A DNA stretch of 64,000 bases, taken from a virus. Positions within the stretch are counted from its first letter, which is position 1. Every line of letters begins with the position of its first letter. The translations under genes were made by a program, and so were the position numbers. Below, piece by piece: positions 19,931-29,921 of the stretch. The DNA is taken from IMG/VR virus record IMGVR_UViG_3300005340_000003, positions 1-64,000 of that record; one strand, given 5' to 3'. The notes under the pieces are model-generated. The model had not been told where the DNA came from. It was given only the letters and a program-made list of their open reading frames with translations, and ran no database searches.

Positions 19931-21727
19931 ATGTTTTTTTGCCCGTGTAACTGCCACGTAGTAAATGTTTTGCTCCTCGTCGCCTTTATTCTTTTTGAAG
20001 GTCGCCGTCAGAATAAACACCCGGTTCCATTCGAGGCCTTTCGCCTTGTGAACGGAACTGAGGACAACAGAAGGCTTTGCGTTGCTGTCGGTATCCTGGA
20101 AAAGCGAGTAAATTTTCGATTCAATCTCGGCTACATTCCGAGCCCCCTCGGACACCGCCATCAGCGTATCCACTTGGTCGTTCACCTGGGCGATTTTCGC
20201 TTCCGCGTTTTTCGTCGCGCCAAAGCGAGCCCTCTGCTTGGTTCCCCAGGCTTCGAGCTTGCGGATGAAATCCGGCACGCTCTTCGCCCTGAGTTTCCGA
20301 ACCATTCCGACTAGCTGCGCTCCAATGTCGCGTCCCTCGATCCGAGCCGGCGTTCCACGGCGGAGGAGGTTCAGGCATGCGCTCATGAGCGGAGCGTTGA
20401 GGCGGCTGAGGATCGCATCGCCGATCCGAGCATGTTCGAGAACGCTCACCACTTCATCCACCAAGCCCTCGGGAGCACTCGGGGCGGCTTTGTAATCGGT
20501 CACAATTTCAGCCGCAATTGCCACCACAGCCTTCGGGCAGCGGTAAGTGGTAGTCAGACCGAAGACCCGGGCTGAAAGACGCTCCTGCATCATCCTCATG
20601 CCATTTTGAGCCGCTCCACGAAACGCATAGATTGCCTGCCGGTCGTCGCCCACGATGCAAATCCGACCGCCCGGTTCACAGCTTCGAATCGCCATTTCGA
20701 GTTGCGGGAGATTCATATCCTGGCTCTCATCCACCACCACGAGGCCGAAACGAGGGAAAACCCAATTCTTCACCACCGGCAACCAGACCATATCGTTGAA
20801 GCTGATTCGGCCCTCGTTGTCGCGTTCCTTGGCGGCTTCCAGGGCGTCGAAGGCCACTTTCGCGAGCTTCGCCACGGTCCAGCCGCCATCCGCTTCGGCC
20901 TCTGCTGCTGAGAAAATCCCCCGGTCGTTCGCGATGTCGATAAGTTGTTCGACGGTAGGGTTGAGGAGAAGGTTTTTCGCGAAGCCGACGATCCGTTCCA
21001 CGCAACCAAGGACTTCCTCCGGGATATTCGGGCTAACCGCTTCGATCCGAGCCGCTTCCACCGAGGCGTCCGGCTTCACACCGGGCCAAACTTGCGTGAT
21101 GTAGAAAAAACCGAGGCTATGCAACGTCTTGATCTCCACGCGCTTGTCGGAGATTTTCTCTTCGGCTTCGATCTGGTTTTTCTTGTTGAAGACCGCGTAA
21201 AGGAGCTTCGTGATGTGGCTCGGAACGAAGGTGAAAGCCTGCTTAATGGTCGTCGTTTTGCCAGTGCCGGCCCGGGCTTGGACGACCGCATTGCCAGTGC
21301 CCGACGCGAACCATTGAAAAATCTCTTCCTGCTCTGCGGACCAAAAAACGGTGGGAATAGAAGGGATCGAACCTTCAACACCCGCGCTCAAACTATCAGT
21401 GCCAGTCGAGGCACCCGAGACGTTTGACGACTGCGCGGGCACGGAGCCATCCACTCCCGACAGTGACGGAACTTGGGCTTGTTCTTGAGGGTTGGTGGGA
21501 TTGGTCGTCTCGTCAGACGTAGCGCCATTACCCCACAAGCAAATTTCCCAAGTTCCGTCACGGTCGTTTTTACTGCAAGAAACACCCTCATTTTTCAAGG
21601 TGTTCTTACTCGATCTCCAGGCATTCCAAAAAGCCGGTGTCGGCGCTGCGGTTCGGAGCGTCCGGATTCCCACTCGGGTATTCACGGTTTTCGGCTCGCT
21701 CCAGTTCAGTTGAATTGTTTCAATCAC
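19913..21727 (-). CDS. UvrD/Rep-like superfamily 1 helicase
   Basis: ARAGTGKTT, VDESQD, VGDDRQAIYAFRGA, TYRC, HKAKGLEW, YVAVTRAK; probable leaderless GTG start at 21727. Confidence 0.92.
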   Translation of the reverse strand: MIETIQLNWSEPKTVNTRVGIRTLRTAAPTPAFWNAWRSSKNTLKNEGVSCSKNDRDGTWEICLWGNGATSDETTNPTNPQEQAQVPSLSGVDGSVPAQSSNVSGASTGTDSLSAGVEGSIPSIPTVFWSAEQEEIFQWFASGTGNAVVQARAGTGKTTTIKQAFTFVPSHITKLLYAVFNKKNQIEAEEKISDKRVEIKTLHSLGFFYITQVWPGVKPDASVEAARIEAVSPNIPEEVLGCVERIVGFAKNLLLNPTVEQLIDIANDRGIFSAAEAEADGGWTVAKLAKVAFDALEAAKERDNEGRISFNDMVWLPVVKNWVFPRFGLVVVDESQDMNLPQLEMAIRSCEPGGRICIVGDDRQAIYAFRGAAQNGMRMMQERLSARVFGLTTTYRCPKAVVAIAAEIVTDYKAAPSAPEGLVDEVVSVLEHARIGDAILSRLNAPLMSACLNLLRRGTPARIEGRDIGAQLVGMVRKLRAKSVPDFIRKLEAWGTKQRARFGATKNAEAKIAQVNDQVDTLMAVSEGARNVAEIESKIYSLFQDTDSNAKPSVVLSSVHKAKGLEWNRVFILTATFKKNKGDEEQNIYYVAVTRAKKHLTFVG

Positions 21728-21733
21728 GGGAGC

Positions 21734-21762
21734 ACTATCGCAGAGGATCGCCGGCACGTCAA
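21734..21762 (-). promoter_or_regulatory. Sigma70-type promoter (leaderless) of the SF1 helicase
   Basis: TTGACG-N17-GATAGT-N6-GTG. Confidence 0.55.
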
Positions 21763-21944
21763 CAACTGTTTAAACATTTTAGCGGGCCTGATGGTTAGTA
21801 TCAGACCCGCTAATTACTGAATCTCGAACCCAAATTATTTCCGGTCTCTCCCGGAAGTCACGTTGCATGGTTTTCCGCAATTCCCTGACGTTAGTATTTT
21901 CCGCCTCACGGTATGGCTTTCAACGTTTAGCCGCTAGGATGTTT

Positions 21945-22802
21945 TCAGATGCCGACGACCTTGTGGATGAACCCCATCAGGTCAGTGTCAGTAACGGCCT
22001 TGACTGCGAGGACCGGAACCGGTGCCTCGAATTTTCCCGTGTCTGTCTTGAAGGATTTCATCCTCGTTGAAAGACTCCAGGTGCGGGAAAAATACCCGTC
22101 CTGAAGGCACCCGAGCCGGCGCTGATAGTTGAAGGTGTTTTTCATGGCCTCCGTGTAAACAGAGCCCTTGCAGTTCCAGTATCCGACAGTCATCTTCCGA
22201 CTGCCGACCGTGAATCCGAAAACCGCGCCGTCATCCTGGACGTGTGCCGGCTTTTCAATCGCCAGCAAAAGTTCCGTCATCGGCTCGAACCGGCGCATGC
22301 CCTCCGCTTTCTTGAGTTTCCACTCGTTGTAATCGAGCGTGCCGCCGACTGCGCGGACCGCATCCTCGGTGTCCACGATCTCTCCGCCGACTTGACCGGC
22401 GAGTTTTTCCTGGAACTTCAGCCACACGATGCCGATCACGCAGATAACGACAGGCGGCAATTGCGCCCGAGTGATGACGCCCTGCTTCTGATCGATTTCA
22501 GCCGGCGAATACAGAATGGTTTCCTTGCCGAAAACGATGCTGCCCGGGGTAAAGTTCTTCCCAAGTTCTCCGACGCTGTAGGTGAGGTTCAGGCGAGGGA
22601 GGTTGATGTCCTTGAACCCTGGCAGGTAGTCACCGAGCTTGAAAGCATCCTTTGTCGCCGGCACGCCGGGAGAAGAAGACGCAACGGTTGTGGTGGTTTC
22701 GACTTTCACATCCGCTACCGGAGTGCTCACAGTCTTTGTTTCAACATCGATCACCGGAGCCGGTGACGATCCGCTATCATTTCCGAATTTGACTTCAGGC
22801 AT
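21945..22802 (-). CDS. Putative single-stranded DNA-binding/annealing protein
   Basis: 285 aa, beta-rich, DINLPRLNL...PGSIVF; lies between a Cas4-like nuclease and a helicase. Confidence 0.45.
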   Translation of the reverse strand: MPEVKFGNDSGSSPAPVIDVETKTVSTPVADVKVETTTTVASSSPGVPATKDAFKLGDYLPGFKDINLPRLNLTYSVGELGKNFTPGSIVFGKETILYSPAEIDQKQGVITRAQLPPVVICVIGIVWLKFQEKLAGQVGGEIVDTEDAVRAVGGTLDYNEWKLKKAEGMRRFEPMTELLLAIEKPAHVQDDGAVFGFTVGSRKMTVGYWNCKGSVYTEAMKNTFNYQRRLGCLQDGYFSRTWSLSTRMKSFKTDTGKFEAPVPVLAVKAVTDTDLMGFIHKVVGI

Positions 22803-22851
22803 TTTAGTTTTGTGTTTAGTGTTTAACCGACATTGGTGGACACTCCTAGTG

Positions 22852-23061
22852 TTAGCTAGGAAGGACTCCAGCCCTAACAGGCCCCGTCCTCACATTTGGT
22901 GATGTCCGACAGTTTACCATCCGACTCGATTTGGCGAACCATTCTCCGCCGTCCGCGTTGACTCCGTGGTGAACGAAGTAATGCGTGTCGGTTTCCCGGA
23001 GGACTTCCCCGGTGAAGACCACATCGAATTCTCCGCGATTGATTTCGACTCGTGTTTTCAT
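22852..23061 (-). CDS. Hypothetical protein
   Basis: ATGA-coupled 69-aa ORF. Confidence 0.55.
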   Translation of the reverse strand: MKTRVEINRGEFDVVFTGEVLRETDTHYFVHHGVNADGGEWFAKSSRMVNCRTSPNVRTGPVRAGVLPS

Positions 23062-24059
23062 AGATTGTTCGCTTCATTTTGGATGTAAGCGCAAAGCCTT
23101 TCCAGGTTCGCGCCGATATTCGCGATGACCCGCCCGCCCCGATCCGTTTGCGTAATCGGCCTGGGTGTTTCCCAAAGACGTTTCGAAAACTCCAAAATCT
23201 TTTCCTTGTCCGGGGCGAGCGCGGCTTTCTCTTCCGCCAATCGCACGGCGAGTTGTTCGGCGGCGAGTTTATCCCTCGCAGCCTTCGCTTCGCGTTCCAG
23301 CTTGGCGACCGCTTCGTTCGCTTTCGCGACGAGGGCCAGCTTTTCAGCTTTGAGTCGATTCGCTTCTGCTTCTAATTTCGCCTGGGCCGATTTGCGTTCG
23401 TCCGCAAGTTGTTTCTCAAGTCGATCCCGGGCGATTTCAGCGGCTTTGCGAGCGGCTTCCCGTTCGGCGGCTTCTTTCTTCAATCGTTCGTTCTCCGCAC
23501 GCTGCGCTTCGATTCGATCTGCTTCCGCTTTACGGACGGCTTCCGCCGCTTCGCACTCCAGTCTCAATCGTTCGAGTTTCGCGGTATGGGTAGCGATTGA
23601 ATCCTTCAACAAGCCGGAATATTCAGCATCGGTCAAATCCGCTAAATCGATAATGACAGGGGCGGAGAGATACGGACCAAGTTCAGTGGTCCGCGATTGA
23701 CGGACCTCGATTCGAATTCGTTCGGTTTCCCGTTCCGCAAAAGTTTCCTGCAACAACAACCGCTCTTCGAGTGGTTCGAGTATGCGAAGCAATTCGTTTT
23801 TGCCGGCGTCGATCTTCCGGCTCTCCTCCAGAACGCTTTCCTTCAATTCCCGATGCTTGTGCGTAATTGCAACGCGAAGGTTTTTGATGGTGAGCCGAGT
23901 CGCCCGGGCGAGTTTCATTTCGGCGACTTGAGAGACATCTGTTACGGTAAGGGTTTCCGCCGTGGTTTTCAACTTCTCCGCCTGGGACTTGAAGTCGTCC
24001 CAAACGATCAATTGTTTCATCCGTTCTCCGGGTAGTGAGTTTACAATTTCAACTTCCAT
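23058..24059 (-). CDS. Coiled-coil protein
   Basis: Long E/A/K/R-rich heptad region. Confidence 0.75.
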   Translation of the reverse strand: MEVEIVNSLPGERMKQLIVWDDFKSQAEKLKTTAETLTVTDVSQVAEMKLARATRLTIKNLRVAITHKHRELKESVLEESRKIDAGKNELLRILEPLEERLLLQETFAERETERIRIEVRQSRTTELGPYLSAPVIIDLADLTDAEYSGLLKDSIATHTAKLERLRLECEAAEAVRKAEADRIEAQRAENERLKKEAAEREAARKAAEIARDRLEKQLADERKSAQAKLEAEANRLKAEKLALVAKANEAVAKLEREAKAARDKLAAEQLAVRLAEEKAALAPDKEKILEFSKRLWETPRPITQTDRGGRVIANIGANLERLCAYIQNEANNL

Positions 24060-24060
24060 A

Positions 24061-25329
24061 TTATTCTTTCGTTTTCTCCGCCTGCAAAAATACTGCTGGC
24101 GAGCCTCGTTCTACTACATTCGCGGCCTCCAGACAACTCTTGAATTCTTGGATCGCATGTTTTTTACTGCCGCGAGGTGCCTTCGCTCCGATTGAGTCCT
24201 CAATCGCGCCAATGCTCACGTCGAGCGCCTGGGCGTATTCTTCCTCCGTCAAATACCGCAATGCCTCGCGCTTGAATCCGGCCATATCGGTAACTGCGCG
24301 GCTTCCGTCCCGTTGTTGCAGGCGGTATCCTTCAGGAAGCGGAGCACCACGAAGAACCCTCTCCGCCGTAACCTTCCGGAACGCTTCCGACCAGACTTTC
24401 ATTACCTGGGCGAGTTGCATCCCGAGACCGGTATTCGCCGGGTCTTGAACCATACTCGGAGTCACTGAAGCCGGGATTTTAAGTGGGGCGAATTTGTTTC
24501 CGACAGTGCAAGCGAATTTGGTAACAGCGGGACAGATGCCCGTATGTTTGCAAAAAAGACAGTTCGGAATAGTCGGATTTGCAGATGAAAAATCTGCTTT
24601 AGCCCGGGCCATTCTCGCCCGTTCAACGACAACCGAAACCCGAAGGAGTAGCGACAGAATTTCGGAACGGTGGAAAACGTGATCGTCAAGAAAACCGATT
24701 GCTGGCTGCTTGATCCAGAAGCGAACCGATTCGAGCTTCGGAAATTTTTTGAATAGACCCAAAACATAAGCGATTGCCTGGAGGTTGTTTTTGACTTTCT
24801 CGACCGACCACACACCAAATTTCCAATCGAAGGCTTCACAGTAAGTGCCAGCATGAGAGAAAAACGCCCGGTCGAAATATCCTGCGGTCGTTGATTGAAT
24901 CTTCAAAAGAATCGAGCCGAGACCAACTTTGATTTCGTCTTCGAATTCCAGGTCGTCAATCGGGAGGTAAGTCTCGGTCAATTCGAGAATCTCCGGATAC
25001 GATCTGTGATCCGGAAGTTCAGAAATCATCGCATGCGCCCGCGCATCGACCGCCAACTGTTTTCGCTCTTCGTAAAAATCCAGGCACTCAGCCGCCATCA
25101 AAGCGTCATCATCGCTGAGGGACTCATCGTCCATTCTGTCCTCAGTAACCTTGTGCATTTTGGTGCCGGCAATGGCCCGAATATGGCTCTCGTCTCTTCC
25201 TTCATAGCACGGACAGGCTTCGAGACTTTGTAAGGTGGAGGGAGAGTAAGGATGGTGAACGCGATCCTCTTGCTTCGGTCGTTGTTCATTTATCAGAGTT
25301 TGTTCTTTCAACGCTTGTTCGAGATTCAT
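24061..25329 (-). CDS. Cas4-like PD-(D/E)XK nuclease (DUF2800-like)
   Basis: HHPYSPS...CP; GT.MH; GYFD...FDWKFG; NLQAIAY; CLFC...CP. Confidence 0.85.
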   Translation of the reverse strand: MNLEQALKEQTLINEQRPKQEDRVHHPYSPSTLQSLEACPCYEGRDESHIRAIAGTKMHKVTEDRMDDESLSDDDALMAAECLDFYEERKQLAVDARAHAMISELPDHRSYPEILELTETYLPIDDLEFEDEIKVGLGSILLKIQSTTAGYFDRAFFSHAGTYCEAFDWKFGVWSVEKVKNNLQAIAYVLGLFKKFPKLESVRFWIKQPAIGFLDDHVFHRSEILSLLLRVSVVVERARMARAKADFSSANPTIPNCLFCKHTGICPAVTKFACTVGNKFAPLKIPASVTPSMVQDPANTGLGMQLAQVMKVWSEAFRKVTAERVLRGAPLPEGYRLQQRDGSRAVTDMAGFKREALRYLTEEEYAQALDVSIGAIEDSIGAKAPRGSKKHAIQEFKSCLEAANVVERGSPAVFLQAEKTKE

Positions 25330-25925
25330 TGGCCTTTTCCTCCCTCGTCGCCGACGATGGTTTTCTTGAACATCACCCGGGCTGCGGTGTGCCAGATGAC
25401 GATCCCTTCGGGCTGCATGAATCCAGGAGACGCCACGCTACCTTTCTCCGCTAGTTCCTGAAGTGTCCAGGCAACATTACCGGTTGTGAAAAGTCCTCGA
25501 TACAGTGTCGGAACTACAAGGCAACACTCGGGCGGCTTTTCCTTCCCATCCGGACCCCATCGGTCCACATTGAAAAGTGAAAAGTGTTTTTCCGTCAAAC
25601 CGTAGCGACGTTGAATTCCTCCGCCCCACCATTCGCCGAAGTGCCGTCCCTGTCCGAGTTTCACCAATTCTTCCGCGTTGGACTGCACCCATTTCGCGAA
25701 TCCGTAATTATCGTTGTCCGGAGTGATCCAACGGGTGCGACTGCCTGCGGCAATCCAGGGACCGTTCGAACCGACGCGAACCAAAGGAATGTCATTTGGA
25801 TTTGCCACCTCGTCGAGAACTTCAGTGATGAAAATCTGTGCGTTAGTGCCGTCGATCTTTTCGGTGATAACACACTCGCGGCTGAGACGCGCCATTTTCG
25901 GAAACGTTTCAAAGGTGCTATTCAT
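25326..25925 (-). CDS. RNA ligase (Rnl2-like adenylyltransferase domain)
   Basis: Motif I TEKIDGTN, GSR, FGEWWG, FSLF, EGIVI, FKK. Confidence 0.85.
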   Translation of the reverse strand: MNSTFETFPKMARLSRECVITEKIDGTNAQIFITEVLDEVANPNDIPLVRVGSNGPWIAAGSRTRWITPDNDNYGFAKWVQSNAEELVKLGQGRHFGEWWGGGIQRRYGLTEKHFSLFNVDRWGPDGKEKPPECCLVVPTLYRGLFTTGNVAWTLQELAEKGSVASPGFMQPEGIVIWHTAARVMFKKTIVGDEGGKGQ

Positions 25926-26109
25926 GATTCATAATTTCCTTCAGGCGTTGCTGGAGTTTCCAGAGGGCAATCGTTTCGATTTGTCGAAGTCGAGTGGTGG
26001 ACACGCCGATCATCGCGGCGACTTCCACCGGGGATTTTATCGGGGTGAGTTTATCCGCAATCGCTGCGCCGATACGCATGCGTTCCCGATTCTCGGGATT
26101 CATTGTCAT
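25918..26109 (-). CDS. Stand-alone sigma70 region-4-like HTH protein
   Basis: SPVEVAAMIGVSTTRLRQIETIALWKLQ. Confidence 0.7.
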   Translation of the reverse strand: MTMNPENRERMRIGAAIADKLTPIKSPVEVAAMIGVSTTRLRQIETIALWKLQQRLKEIMNHE

Positions 26110-26139
26110 ACTAACCTTTCGTGTTTTGACCGGGCTTTA

Positions 26140-26334
26140 TTACCCAGGTCGTTTCATTACCGCTTTTCGAAGATTCTTTCGCTTTGCACCGGTTGGCTTC
26201 CATCCGTGTTCGACCGCGTTCAGGAGCCGCTCTTGTGCAGCCGCCTTTTCAGGGGTCGTCGATTTCGCCTTGACGCCGTTCGGGGTCGATACTCTCACTC
26301 TCGACTTGCTGATTTTGCGAATGGTTACTGGCAT
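26140..26334 (-). CDS. Small basic hypothetical protein
   Basis: 64 aa, K/R-rich. Confidence 0.65.
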   Translation of the reverse strand: MPVTIRKISKSRVRVSTPNGVKAKSTTPEKAAAQERLLNAVEHGWKPTGAKRKNLRKAVMKRPG

Positions 26335-26357
26335 ATTGAAATAGTGTCAGAAAATTA

Positions 26358-26585
26358 TTACTTCGACAACTTGTATTCTTTCGGCCTCGGATGATGGTGA
26401 ACACACCCGAAAAGAGGACCGGTGGCAAAACAGCCGGAATTAAAAGGTTCCCCATCCACCACGGCGAAACCATGCTCCGGGGCTGGATAACCAATTGGGT
26501 CGAGCTTCGGGCATCCGCACTTCTTGAAATTGGAAATTTCTCCGCACCTCTCCCCCCAATAGATACAAGTATTACAAGTGTTCAT
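26358..26585 (-). CDS. Cys-rich hypothetical protein
   Basis: CNTCIYW...C...TGPLFGCVHH. Confidence 0.6.
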   Translation of the reverse strand: MNTCNTCIYWGERCGEISNFKKCGCPKLDPIGYPAPEHGFAVVDGEPFNSGCFATGPLFGCVHHHPRPKEYKLSK

Positions 26586-26938
26586 TTGAGGATTCGGTAA
26601 TGAGTGAACCGGATTCCGCAATGCCAGCAATATTTTACCGGATAGTCTCCAGGGAATATTCCCGCTTCAAATTGAACGATCATCGTTAGCGGAGTGTAAG
26701 CGACTGGAAGAGTTTTGCCACATACCCCGCAATCGAATCTATAAATCCCGTCGCTGAGGTGTTGCCCCTGGATCAGCACTGCCGGATAAATTGTCCGAAA
26801 TTCCGTCTGGTTGTGATGCCACGCGAGGACGTTTTTCGCCGCGCATGCAACCCCGCCCTCTCCGGATTCAATCAGGAGAGCCAGCATTTCTTGAAATTTT
26901 TCCGAGGTAATGTCGATGTCTGAGGCGTCGATTTTCAT
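26582..26938 (-). CDS. Zn-ribbon protein
   Basis: CGVCG...YCWHCG. Confidence 0.6.
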   Translation of the reverse strand: MKIDASDIDITSEKFQEMLALLIESGEGGVACAAKNVLAWHHNQTEFRTIYPAVLIQGQHLSDGIYRFDCGVCGKTLPVAYTPLTMIVQFEAGIFPGDYPVKYCWHCGIRFTHYRILK

Positions 26939-28401
26939 TTTAGTTTGAGGTTTCCCGGCATCAAGTCCGAGTCCATGATCGCTGAGTGGTTGTCGAGCTT
27001 CCGGCGCAACGCCCTAAACATATCGATCTCCACCGTGCCGGCAGCGAACGGAACCCGGTAGTGCGATTTGCTTTTACCGCCATCCCGAGGGAAACGCCCG
27101 AGGACTTGTGTGAAGGTTGCCGCCGACCACGGAGGACAGACTAAACCCCATCGCGGATGTTTTCCCTCAATGTCCTGTAGGCCGATATTGACTCCCCCGA
27201 CTTCGGAGTTGAGGACCAGGGCACGACATTCGTTTCTCTGAAACGACGCAATGATCTCATCGCGTTTTTTACCTGTAATGGTGCCATCAATAAAAGGGCA
27301 GTGAAGTGCCCCGGATAGTTCCTCAATAGATTGTCGAAAGTTACAAAAAATTCCGACGTTGAAATTTTGCTCCATTCGGTCTCTAGCAAGTTCAACGAGT
27401 GTTGGAACTTTGAGGATTTCGATTGCCTGTCTCGCGTGGAGGATTTGCGTGATGTTGATTTCATGTTCGATTGATCTGTATATCTCAGCGATTTCTTCGG
27501 TTGTCGTAAAGTCGATTAACTGCGCCTGAACGTCCACTTCGGGGAAATTCGGGATTTGGTCTGTGGTAACTCGAATGCCTCGTGCCGGAAAAATTTGCGA
27601 ACCGATCTCCAACATCGTCTGCTTTTGCTTTTCGTCGGACACCCACCATTTCCAGGCGTGAAAAGTCTTGTCGAACGTCGCGCCGTGTTCAGCGAGCCAT
27701 CCGGAAAAGACCTTACGCTTTGCTCCTTTTGTGTTCGATTCAACCAGTCCGCGAATGTCGAGGCAGTGCAGGTCGAGCGAGTAGCCGAGAGCCCGAAGTT
27801 GAAGTATCGTCTGCGCTGGAGTAGCGGATAGCATGAGGTGTTTTATACCCTGTCGTTTGGCGGCAACGAGCAACTCGGAGTTGAGGGAGTCGAGTCCTCC
27901 GCACTTGTGAACTTCGTCGAAAATAATAAAGCGCACGGCTGAGTGGAATTTGAAATCGCCGTAGGGAACATCTTTGGTCCGAGTGCTAACACAGTGTATC
28001 CCCGAGGCGTTAACAGGGCAAAGCTGCTGTTGCAAATCCTCCGGGCTCGAATACTTTCGCTGACAGAATTCACAAACGTAAATAGTGGGTCTCCCGGCGT
28101 CGAGCGCAGCTTGATTAGACCAAGAACCGAATGGAGTGTGTCCAAGTCGAAGTCGTTCATAATTGATTATTGAGAGGGTTTCGCCGAAGTGTTCGCAAAC
28201 AACTTTCCATCCTGATATAGCAATCTTCGGCACAACGGCGACAGTCGGCAATTGTAAAGCTTGAGCGATTGCAACAGCAAGGTAAGTCTTGCCTGTGCCT
28301 GTGTCCGAGCCATCGATTGCTGAGTCATGCGCTTGTAATATCCTGGCGAGTTGATTCGCCTTCGGCACCTGCCAAGGTTTCAGTTTGTTGGTGGTAATCA
28401 T
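26935..28401 (-). CDS. Superfamily 2 (SNF2-like) helicase
   Basis: DTGTGKT, INYE, DEVH, SATP, QVLGRFPR; Cys/His insert CEFC...C...HC. Confidence 0.9.
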   Translation of the reverse strand: MITTNKLKPWQVPKANQLARILQAHDSAIDGSDTGTGKTYLAVAIAQALQLPTVAVVPKIAISGWKVVCEHFGETLSIINYERLRLGHTPFGSWSNQAALDAGRPTIYVCEFCQRKYSSPEDLQQQLCPVNASGIHCVSTRTKDVPYGDFKFHSAVRFIIFDEVHKCGGLDSLNSELLVAAKRQGIKHLMLSATPAQTILQLRALGYSLDLHCLDIRGLVESNTKGAKRKVFSGWLAEHGATFDKTFHAWKWWVSDEKQKQTMLEIGSQIFPARGIRVTTDQIPNFPEVDVQAQLIDFTTTEEIAEIYRSIEHEINITQILHARQAIEILKVPTLVELARDRMEQNFNVGIFCNFRQSIEELSGALHCPFIDGTITGKKRDEIIASFQRNECRALVLNSEVGGVNIGLQDIEGKHPRWGLVCPPWSAATFTQVLGRFPRDGGKSKSHYRVPFAAGTVEIDMFRALRRKLDNHSAIMDSDLMPGNLKLK

Positions 28402-28404
28402 TCA

Positions 28405-28821
28405 TCATCCAACATGCACTCTTATCGCGAACCCGCCGTAATAGCCGTTGTGTTCGTTGTGGCTCGCCATTTGAAAAACGCCTTTGTCGGTGGTGATGTC
28501 GAGGAACTGAACTTCATGTTCGTCCCCACGGCATTCAATATTCGGAGCGTCTTTGATTTCCGCGCCGAGGAGTTTCGCGCCGATGAATGCCGACAAGTCG
28601 TCGTCGGTCCGCATGTATCGATGCTCACAGCACGACTGGCCGTCATCGGAGAAATAAATCTTCGATCCGTCGCTGAATTCGAAATGAAGGTAATTGGTCT
28701 CCGTATCCAGGCGTAAGCCAGTTATGGTTTTGCCGAGGGCACCAGTAAACGCGGCAACTGAGTCCGCGTTGCCGCCGAGTTGGGCTATCATTACGCCGAG
28801 TCCAGGATTGCTATTGCTCAT
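28405..28821 (-). CDS. Conserved phage hypothetical protein
   Basis: QSCCE...ITTDKG...HNGYYGG pattern recalled from other phages. Confidence 0.7.
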   Translation of the reverse strand: MSNSNPGLGVMIAQLGGNADSVAAFTGALGKTITGLRLDTETNYLHFEFSDGSKIYFSDDGQSCCEHRYMRTDDDLSAFIGAKLLGAEIKDAPNIECRGDEHEVQFLDITTDKGVFQMASHNEHNGYYGGFAIRVHVG

Positions 28822-29018
28822 GATTTGGTTTGTGGCTTAAAGACGTAATCACCTTCATTCGCGCCGAAAGACATTTCAATTCCGACACGGATTAACATTT
28901 CGGCGCGGGTGATAATTAAAACCTTCGTCGAGGGCATCGGCATCCAGCCAAAAACAGAACCACACCACACGTCTCCATTGCTGTTATAGAGATACCCTTG
29001 TTGTATTGCGTTTCTCAT
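28818..29018 (-). CDS. Hypothetical protein
   Basis: Coupled 66-aa ORF. Confidence 0.5.
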   Translation of the reverse strand: MRNAIQQGYLYNSNGDVWCGSVFGWMPMPSTKVLIITRAEMLIRVGIEMSFGANEGDYVFKPQTKS

Positions 29019-29081
29019 ATTTTATTCAGAGTCTTTATTGACCGTGACGAACCCTACCAAATTGCCGACATTTTGCAACAA

Positions 29082-29273
29082 CTAGGGCCGGGTGTATTCC
29101 TTAGTGGTCTCAGGAGTCCCGGCCAGAAAAGTGATGTGAGGTGCCCACGGAAAACCGGGCCGAAGGTTCACCGGGCAAAAAGCTATGTCGCGCTTGCCCC
29201 ACAATTGACGCGCACGAGCTTTTGATACCCGGGTAAAGGTGGTTGCACCGGACTTGATAACAAAGTGCCTCAT
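29082..29273 (-). CDS. Hypothetical protein
   Basis: 63-aa ORF within the operon. Confidence 0.5.
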   Translation of the reverse strand: MRHFVIKSGATTFTRVSKARARQLWGKRDIAFCPVNLRPGFPWAPHITFLAGTPETTKEYTRP

Positions 29274-29280
29274 AAACGAT

Positions 29281-29610
29281 TTAGCTGAGTTTGGTCTGGT
29301 TGCGGAAGTAGTAAATCGCGAGGGCGAGCTTCGCGTTTTCGAGCTTCGACTCCAATTCGTTCACCACTGCGCGGAGTGCGGACCCATCAGCTTCGATGGT
29401 GGAATCAAGCGGGACGTATCTCCCGTTTAAGTCAAACGATTTGGTCGGGGTTTCATAGCCCGACCAAATTCCTATAGTGCTGCCCCGGCTGCGTCGATCA
29501 GGAGCACCAGACTTTGTGATTTCCGAGTGGGTGAAAAACTTCTTTCCATCGACTACGGCAGGCGTGATAATTTCCCCGGTGTAGATGTTTACGATTTGCG
29601 TGATGTTCAT
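29281..29610 (-). CDS. Hypothetical early protein
   Basis: First ORF after a repeated promoter, with an A-rich leader. Confidence 0.65.
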   Translation of the reverse strand: MNITQIVNIYTGEIITPAVVDGKKFFTHSEITKSGAPDRRSRGSTIGIWSGYETPTKSFDLNGRYVPLDSTIEADGSALRAVVNELESKLENAKLALAIYYFRNQTKLS

Positions 29611-29625
29611 TTTTCGGTTTTTTCT

Positions 29626-29700
29626 GGTCTGCCTTTATTGGCTGACCGTGCATATAACATATCAGAAAGGACGCACTCTGCAACAAGTATTTTCAACTTT
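29626..29700 (-). promoter_or_regulatory. Repeated early promoter, copy 1, plus hairpin
   Basis: AAAGTTGAAAATA.TTG-TTGCAG-N16-TATGTT, then GGTCAGCC-AATAAA-GGCAGACC; near-copy at 37567-37641. Confidence 0.7.
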
Positions 29701-29702
29701 CA

Positions 29703-29921
29703 CTAACTCTTTGGTATTTCGGGAGTTGCGTCCGGATTGTCGAGAAAAGCGACGATCATCAACAGCACGTTTGAGTTCATTGCCAGGGCGAGAAGGAGTA
29801 TCTGAAACCAGTCGAGTGTCGCCCAGGTTGCGGCAGTGAAGCCGACTGTTTTCACCAGAAATATGTTGGTCGCTGCCCACAGGCCATACAAAACCATCCG
29901 TGCGATTTTTCGAGGTGTCAT
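29703..29921 (-). CDS. Small two-TM membrane protein
   Basis: MTPRKIARMVLYGLW..., two hydrophobic segments; ATGA-coupled. Confidence 0.55.
   Translation of the reverse strand: MTPRKIARMVLYGLWAATNIFLVKTVGFTAATWATLDWFQILLLALAMNSNVLLMIVAFLDNPDATPEIPKS

Noticed and set aside
24061-25329. CRISPR-Cas system
   Set aside because: The Cas4-like nuclease is a solo phage replication-module gene; no repeat-spacer array or other cas genes seen.
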